A stretch of 64,000 nucleotides of DNA from Eledone cirrhosa (taxonomy: Eukaryota): the NCBI GenBank assembly GCA_964016885.1, contig CAXHJY010001738.1, positions 62,001-126,000 of the forward strand. The letters are read 5' to 3'. Made by a program: the position numbers and the translations under genes. Positions 52,406 through 64,000 of the stretch are shown here, piece by piece. How positions within the stretch are numbered: the first letter of the stretch is position 1; every line of letters starts with the position of its first letter. Below the pieces are notes generated by a model. That model did no database searches. It had not been told where the DNA came from and worked only from the letters and a program-made list of their open reading frames with translations.

Positions 52406-53172
52406 TAAATTAGCGAGAATCGAATTTCAGCTCAGGAATTAACGAAAAACACTTCCGTGTTGTGTGGCAAGCGCTCGATAATTCATATGAATCAGAGCTA
52501 CAACATACGTTAAAGGCCAAACACACTGAGATGGTGGTTAAACTAATCATCCGCACAGCAAAAAAAAACAAAAAACGATCAAGCAATTCGGGTCAAACAA
52601 ATAAAAATATATGTGATTGAAAATTTACCCGGACCCCTGGAGATGGTAAATCCAGTATTTGGGTTTCTGCGGCTCCATAAGTCAATTACTGTCCGATTAC
52701 ATAAAGAATGTTAGGCTTCTGGTAAGATGACTGAACAAGGAAGCCACTTTGTCAACAGGTTTCTGCTCAATGCTATACATAAGTGTGACTATTACTGACC
52801 CCACGTGGAGTTCAGTAAGGGAGGCAACACCTATATTAGGCGAATGAATTCAGTTGTGTATAATATTGCGAGAATGCAAAATATCACAAATCGAATAAAG
52901 CTCTCGACAGAATGGTTAAATATAACAAAGCTATTGATCAGTCAATAGAATCAACCAAAAAAAAATCGATAAAATTAACTGGCCAATAGCTAGACTCTGG
53001 AGATTAATATAAATATAAATTAGCGAGAATCGAATTTCAGCTCAGGAATTAACGAAAAACACTTGCGAGTTGTGTGGCAAGCGCTCGATGATTCATATGA
53101 ATCAGAGCTACAACATACGTTAAAGGCCAAACACACTGAGATGGTGGTTAAACTAATCATCCGCACAGCAAA
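52406..53172. repeat. 610-bp unit with ~155-bp direct terminal repeat
   Basis: tagcgagaatcgaatttcagc.. at 52411 and 53021. Confidence 0.85.
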
Positions 53173-53314
53173 GCTGTTTGCCGGGGAAACAATTGTAACA
53201 CACAATAAATTGAGTTCCGATCCATCACTGATTTTTCGTTTTCCATTCTATAATACTCTGCTCCGTAAGAGCATAGAGTGCTCAACCGGCATACCGCCTA
53301 TGGAAGCATCTTAG

Positions 53315-53402
<88 letters not shown>

Positions 53403-53488
53403 GGTTGCCCACTCTATGCTCCTGCGGAGCAGAGTATTATAGAATGGAAAACGAAAAATCAGTGATGGATCGGAACTCAATTTATTGT

Positions 53489-53576
53489 GTGTTACAATTG
53501 TTTCCCCGGCGAACAGCTCGAGGTGCGATCCGTGTGTGGATCGACCTGACTCTAGACTCGCAGGTTCCTCGGACAC
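53489..53576 (-). ncRNA. Hammerhead-like motif, CCGAGGA core variant (inverted copy at 53808-53895)
   Basis: GUGU-CCGAGGA-(branched stem II)-GAAA-CAAUUG-UA^ACAC. Confidence 0.55.
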
Positions 53577-53959
53577 GTTTAGTGATTTCGGAGCATATCC
53601 TCTTTCTGGGGTTTTCTGGCCTTACAAGCCTATATCGTCCACACACATATACACACATATATATATATATATACACACACACATACCCTTATACACTTTT
53701 TCCCCTGCACGTGTGCATACACACACAGAATCGCACATATATTTTTACACATATGTATATATGTATATACACACATCTACACATACATAAAAAAATATAC
53801 AACAGATGTGTCCGAGGAACCTGCGAGTCTAAAGTCAGGTCGATCCACACACGGATCGCACCTCGAGCTGTTCGCCGGGGAAACAATTGTAAAACAATAA
53901 ATTGAGTTCCGATGCATCACTGATTTTTCGTTTTCCATTCTATATATATATATGTATAT

Positions 53960-57220
<3,261 letters not shown>

Positions 57221-57720
57221 AGGAGAAAGAGAGAGGAGGGATTAGTTATTTGTAGAGGTAAACATGAGATTAATTAAATAAATAAAAGTAAATATTAATC
57301 TTTGATAGTTGATAAAAGAACCGAACCCGATGTAAAATATTTAAGTAAATCCAAAAGTGTAAAGTAGGTAATACTATAAAGTTTCCAATATAACTTTAAA
57401 TATAATATAACTTTAAAATTGGTCCACAGATTCGAAGAGTCTCGATGGTTGTGTGGTAAAGTCGCTAGTTACATAATAGTTACTAGTTTTAAATGGCACA
57501 GACTGTTCAGAGTTCAAGAAGAAGAATTTTGTTTCTCGTTTTGCTAACTAGAAGAAGGCCGGGCCCCGCTCGCCTCGCAGGCCCTAGCGCCGTGTATCTG
57601 GCTATAGCACATCATTAGCATCATGTATACACACACATATATATATACATTTAGGTTTGTTGGTTCACCACTGGATAGAACTGGTCATTTTGCTTTTCAG
57701 CCCCTTGGATTGTGTTTATT

Positions 57721-57858
57721 AGTTACGTCCCTTTACGATCTGAGTTCAAATCCCGCCGAGGTTGACTTTGCCTTTCATCCTTACGGGGTCGATAAAATAA
57801 AGTACCAGTAATGCACTGGGTAATTGCTGGCCTTGTGCCTAAAGTAGAAACAATTATA
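57721..57858 (+). mobile_element. 5'-truncated SINE
   Basis: SINE core and tail. Confidence 0.8.
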
Positions 57859-57882
57859 TTCCTTTGTTGGATAAATTTCGGA

Positions 57883-57928
57883 ATACCTGATGATGTCATC
57901 GGATTCATACTGAAACCGGTCATAGTAT
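57883..57928 (+). ncRNA. Degenerate type I hammerhead
   Basis: AUAC-CUGAUGA...GAAA-CCGGUCA-UA^GUAU; stems II/III imperfect. Confidence 0.5.
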
Positions 57929-57994
57929 AATAAACCTTTAAGGAATTACGCCAGTCCAGCTTCCTGTTATTTTATAATTATATATATATATATA

Positions 57995-58408
57995 CTAAGA
58001 GTGGGAAAGGAAATTTCGTTTCATTTTTTCCGTTTATCGTTTTCGGTGCACCCGGCCGATTAACCCACTCGATATGCAAATTGGGCTACTCAGCCGTTAA
58101 TATGCATAAGGAAAGTATATACGTTCGGACGCTCAACTATCTGGCAGGAAGGTATACGTTGCTGACGATAGCTAATAAGCTTGAAACTAGTACAGCGTTC
58201 CTTTGTCAGTGTTTAACAAACGAGCAACGGTGGTTGCGAGACACTACGGCTTAATACGGGATGTTTGTTTACAAACACACCGAGCATTATAATAAATGTT
58301 TGGTGAATCCATACGTACATATATATGTGTGCATGTATGTATATATATATATATATATACATACTACTGTACGTCTGTATACATATATGTATGTACGTAT
58401 ACATACTT
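57995..58408 (+). mobile_element. Family E repeat (one unit)
   Basis: Reverse-complement homolog of 18336-18745. Confidence 0.8.
58156..58198 (+). ncRNA. Minimal type I hammerhead (family E)
   Basis: ACGUUG-CUGACGA-UAGCUAAUAAGCUU-GAAA-CUAG-UA^CAGCGU. Confidence 0.8.
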
Positions 58409-58410
58409 AT

Positions 58411-58603
<193 letters not shown>

Positions 58604-58675
58604 ATATATATATACAATATATATATATATATAAGAAATAAGATTTCGCTTCAAGCATAGCTTTATACAAATATG

Positions 58676-58986
58676 TATAGAAATTTCTTATTTCTAAAGA
58701 AACACGGTTTTAGAAAGCCGTACCTATGCAAACACCGGGGCTAACGCCCTCTGGTGGTGTCCAGCAGAAGCAAGGGGGACAACCATCTATGCATTTCAGG
58801 CTTGACTGGCCTTTTTCCCTGCCACCGCTTGCGACTACTGGACTTGAAAACAGTCGAGAAGGCCAGTCAAGCCTGAAATGCATAGATGGTTGTCCCCTTG
58901 CTTCTGCTGGACACCACCAGAGGGCGTTAGCCCCGCTGTTTGCATATCTACGGCTTTCTAATACCGTGTTTCTTTAGAAATACGAA

Positions 58987-58992
<6 letters not shown>
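58676..58992. repeat. Fold-back insertion between (TA)n tracts
   Basis: ~130-bp arms (58680-58812 / 58860-58990) containing hammerhead 3' half GAAAUGCAUA. Confidence 0.85.
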
Positions 58993-59044
<52 letters not shown>

Positions 59045-59350
59045 TATATATATACTATAAATTATGTCCATAGAATCATTTGATAAGATATATACTCAAT
59101 TTCCTCTCCCAATTAGCATAATCAACCACACAAAAAAAAACAATTAAACCAGGCTATAAGATTAAAAGGCACCTATGAAGAAATAATAGATAAATAAACG
59201 ACAGCCATCTATTCGCGATCAACAGCTACAGAATATTTACCCAGCATTTCAATAGCACGTGGAAATCGATTAAATATATCGTCAACCATACACAATTAGG
59301 TATAAAATTAAAGTTAGAAGAAAAAATGCATATACACATACCATGATTAC

Positions 59351-59430
59351 GTTTCTACCCTTAGGGTTTCGTTCGCTTTGGAAATATCCTATCAAGGATA
59401 AATTATCGAGCTTCGAACTCATCAGGAAAC
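59351..59430 (-). ncRNA. Canonical type I hammerhead ribozyme
   Basis: GUUUC-CUGAUGA-GUUCG...CGAAC-GAAA-CCC-UAA-GGG-UA^GAAAC; all three stems Watson-Crick. Confidence 0.9.
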
Positions 59431-59734
59431 AAACTCACTTGGACGAACATTTTTCTTAAATGATCCCCGCCAGAAACGAATTCAAAATGACTAAGAACTG
59501 TGACGTGGCAGTGGTCAAGTCAGAAAGAATGTGATTGGTGCCTTACGGTGAGTGGCCTGGTTGCTAGAAAGCGCAGCCTAATATTGCCTAAATTGCATCT
59601 CAACCTTATGGGAGATTATCAATATATATATATATATATTGTCTCTTCCTGGCAACCAATGTCTTTAGACCCAGTCCAGCAATGTATATATATGTTATAT
59701 ATATATTTATATATTATATTCTATATAAATACGT

Positions 59735-59855
59735 GAAGGCGCATGGCTGAGTCGTTAGGGAATTGGATTCACAATCTTGAGGCTGTGAGTTCGATTTCTG
59801 GACCGGGTGATGCGTTATGTCCTTGAGCAAGACACTTTATTTCACGTTGCTCCTT
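59735..59855 (+). mobile_element. Second tRNA-derived SINE family (inverted fragment at ~60355-60403)
   Basis: GGCGCATGGCTGAGTCGTTAG A-box, GAGTTCGATT B-box, tgtccttgagcaagacactttatttcac core. Confidence 0.7.
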
Positions 59856-60412
59856 CTACCTGGAGTTGCGACCGATAGATAGTACTAGCAACTGGAAAGA
59901 CCAATGGAAACATTGTTTCCTCGGTCCGATTTGACGAAAGTCGATCGTTTCTATATATAAATACATATGTGTAAATATATATGTGTGTGTGTAAATATAT
60001 ATGTATGTGTGTGAGAGAGAGTATTTGTATGTATTTCCTCCTATCTATAACATACCAACAGATCTATATATCGATCTCTAATAACCTATACGGTACACAT
60101 TAAAGACAGCATCATAACCTATAATGTACTCATTCACACATAAATACATACACACACACATACAAACACACATACATATACACACATACACACATATACA
60201 CACATGCACACACACACACACACATACACACACATACATTCACATACATTCACACACATACACACACATACGCACATATACACACATATACACATACACA
60301 CACATACACACACAACTACACAAAGAGCCACATTCATTCACCTACCACAACCACACAGTGGACTGGAGCAATGTGAAGTAAAGTGTCTTGCTCAAGGACA
60401 CAACCATTCCCT

Positions 60413-60596
60413 TGCAGTATCGGTAGAGGGTCGGACGCCATGCTTTGACGCATAGAGTTACGGCCCTTTCCATTCTGAGTTCAAATCCAGCCGAGGTTAA
60501 CTTGGCCTTTCATCCTTACGGGGTCGATAAAATAAAGTACCAGTAATACACTGGGGTAATTGCTGGCCTTGTGCCCAAAGTAGAAACAATTATTAT
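60413..60596 (+). mobile_element. tRNA-derived SINE
   Basis: Homology to 25106-25290. Confidence 0.85.
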
Positions 60597-60634
60597 CGTG
60601 CGCCGAACGCAATAACAATTTAACCACGCATCTT

Positions 60635-63600
60635 CACAACAACTACAACAACAACAACTACAATAACAACAACTACTACAACAACAACACCACCAACACA
60701 CCACCACCAACACACCAACACCACCACCACGAACACACCACCACGAACACACCACCACCAACACACCACCACCACCACACCAACACACCACCACCACCAC
60801 CACCAACACACCACCACCAACACACCACCACCAACACACCACCACCACCACACCAACACACCACCACCACCACCAACACACCACCACCACCACCAACACA
60901 CCAACACCACCACCAACACACGACCACCACCAACACACCACCACCACCACCACACCAACACACCACCACCACACCACCACCACCACCAACACACCACCAC
61001 CACACCAACACACCACCACCACCACCAACACACCACCACCACACCAACATACCACCACCACACCACCACACCACCACCACACCAACACACCACCACCACC
61101 ACCACACCAACACACCACCACCACCACCAACACACCACCACCACACCACCACCACACCAACAAACCACCACCACACCACCACACCACCACCACACCACCA
61201 CACCACCACCACCACCACACCAACACACCACCACCACCACCAACACACCACCACCACACCACCACCACACCACCACCACACCAACACACCACCACCACCA
61301 CCACCAACACACCACCACCACACCACCACCACACCAACACACCACCACCACCACCACCACACCACCACCACACCACCACCACCACACCACCACCACACCA
61401 CCACCACCACCACCACCACACCACCACCACCACCACACCACCACCACACCACCACCACCACCACACCAACACACCACCACCACCACCACACCAACACACC
61501 ACCACCACACCACCACCACACCACCACCACACCACCACCACACCACCACCACCACCACACCAACACACCACCACCACACCAACACACCACCACCACCACC
61601 ACACCACCACCACACCACCACCACCACCACCACCACACCAACACACCACCACCACCACCACACCAACACACCACCACCACCACCACCAACACACCACCAC
61701 CACACCAACACACCACCACCACACCACCACCACACCACCACCACACCACCACCACCACACCAACATACCACCACCACACCACCACACCACCACCACACCA
61801 ACACACCACCACCACACCAACACACCACCACCACCAACACCACACCACCACCACCACCAACACACCACCACCACACCACCACCACACCAACACACCACCA
61901 CCACACCAACACACCACCACCACCACCACACCACCACCACCACCACCACCACCAACACACCACCACCACCACCAACACACCACCACCACACCACCACCAC
62001 ACCAACATACCACCACCACACCACCACACCACCACCACACCAACACACCACCACCACTCCAACACACCACCACCACACCAACACACCACCACCACCACAC
62101 CACCACCACACCACCACCACCACCACCACCAACACACCACCACCACCACCAACACACCACCACCACACCAACATACCACCACCACACCACCACACCACCA
62201 CCACACCAACACACCACCACCACACCAACACACCACCACCACACCAATACACCACCACCACACCAACACACCACCACCACACCAACACACCACCACCACA
62301 CCAACACACCACCACCACACCAACACACCACCACCACACCAACACACCACCACCACACCAACACACCACCACCACACCACCACCACACCACCACCACACC
62401 AATACACCACCACCACACCACCACCACACCAACACACCACCACCACACCACCACCACCACCACACCACCACCACACCAACATACCACCACCACACCACCA
62501 CACCACCACCACACCACCACACCACCACCACACCAACACACCACCACCACACCAACACACCACCACCACCACCAACACACCACCACCACCACCAACACAC
62601 CACCACCACACCACCACCACACCAACACACCACCACCACACCAACACACCACCACCACCACCACACCACCACCACCACCACCACCACCAACACACCACCA
62701 CCACCACCAACACACCACCACCACACCACCACCACACCAACACACCACCACCACACCAACACACCACCACCACACCAACACACCACCACCACACCAACAC
62801 ACCACCACCACCACACCACCACCACACCACCACCACCACCACCACCAACACACCACCACCACCACCAACATACCACCACCACACCACCACCACACCAACA
62901 CACCACCACCACACCACCACACCACCACCACACCAACACACCACCACCACACCAACACACCACCACCACATCAACACACCACCACCACACCACCACACCA
63001 CCACCACACCAACACACCACCACCACACCAACACACCACCACCACACCACCACCACACCACCACCACACCAACACACCACCACCAAACCACCACCACACC
63101 AACACACCACCACCACACCACCACCACCACCACACCACCACCACACCAACATACCACCACCACACCACCACACCACCACCACACCACCACACCACCACCA
63201 CACCAACACACCACCACCACACCAATACACCACCACCACACCACCACCACACCGCCACCACACCAACATACCTCCACCACACCACCACCACACCAACACA
63301 CCACCACCACACCAACACACCACCACAACCACCACCAGCACCACCACAACCACCACCACCACCACCAACACACCACCACCACACCAACACACCACCACCA
63401 CACCAACACACCACCACCACACCACCACCACACCACCACCACACCAACATACCACCACCACACCACCACCACACCAACACACCACCACCACACCAACACA
63501 CCACCACAACCACCACCACAACCACCACCACCACCACCACACCAACACACCACCACCACACCAATACACCACCACCACACCACCACCACACCACCACCAC

Positions 63601-63968
63601 ACCAACATACCTCCACCACACCACCACCACACCAACACACCACCACCACACCAACACACCACCACAACCACCACCAGCACCACCACAACCACCACCACCA
63701 CCACCAACACACCACCACCACACCAACACACCACCACCACACCAACACACCACCACCACACCACCACCACACCACCACCACACCAACATACCACCACCAC
63801 ACCACCACCACACCAACACACCACCACCACACCAACACACCACCACAACCACCACCACAACCACCACCACCACCACCACACCAACACACCACCACCACAC
63901 CAACACACCACCACCACACCACCACCACACCAACATACCACCACCACACCACCACCACACCAACACAC
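60635..63968. repeat. CAC/CCAACA-rich complex satellite
   Basis: Direct reading; higher-order period ~339 near the end (ccagcac with g at 63338 and 63677). Confidence 0.95.
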
Positions 63969-64000
63969 TACCGATCAAAGATGAACGTTTTAACAAACAA

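Noticed and set aside
60516-63996. 1150-, 1112-, 760- and 341-aa ORFs
   Set aside because: Stop-free translations of the GGT-rich satellite strand

Overview
Eukaryotic, AT-rich, gene-free repeat cluster, most likely from an octopod cephalopod (inferred from the abundant tRNA-derived SINE and dense TA/CA microsatellites). No host protein-coding gene is evident, and most ORF-track entries are microsatellite translations. The window is dominated by Penelope-like retroelements (PLEs) inserted in (TA)n tracts. These include a young head-to-tail dimer of a 3895-bp element with two identical 820-aa RT+GIY-YIG ORFs, several decayed PLEs, and many short fold-back insertions. It also holds a decayed R4/Dong-type LINE, RTE-like fragments, SINEs, MITEs and a 3.3-kb CAC-rich satellite. 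More than 20 hammerhead-ribozyme motifs can be read directly. The most notable observation is a non-coding ~511-bp tandem array (3587-7456) with two diverged relatives (34.3-35.0 kb and 52.0-52.4 kb). Each carries a covariation-supported hammerhead whose three core strands are in a non-circularly permuted order, apparently made possible by a kink-turn in stem III. Two further non-coding retrozyme-like families (~423 nt and ~594 nt, the latter with a U3-A8 core variant) are also present. All RNA folds were derived by eye and are untested.
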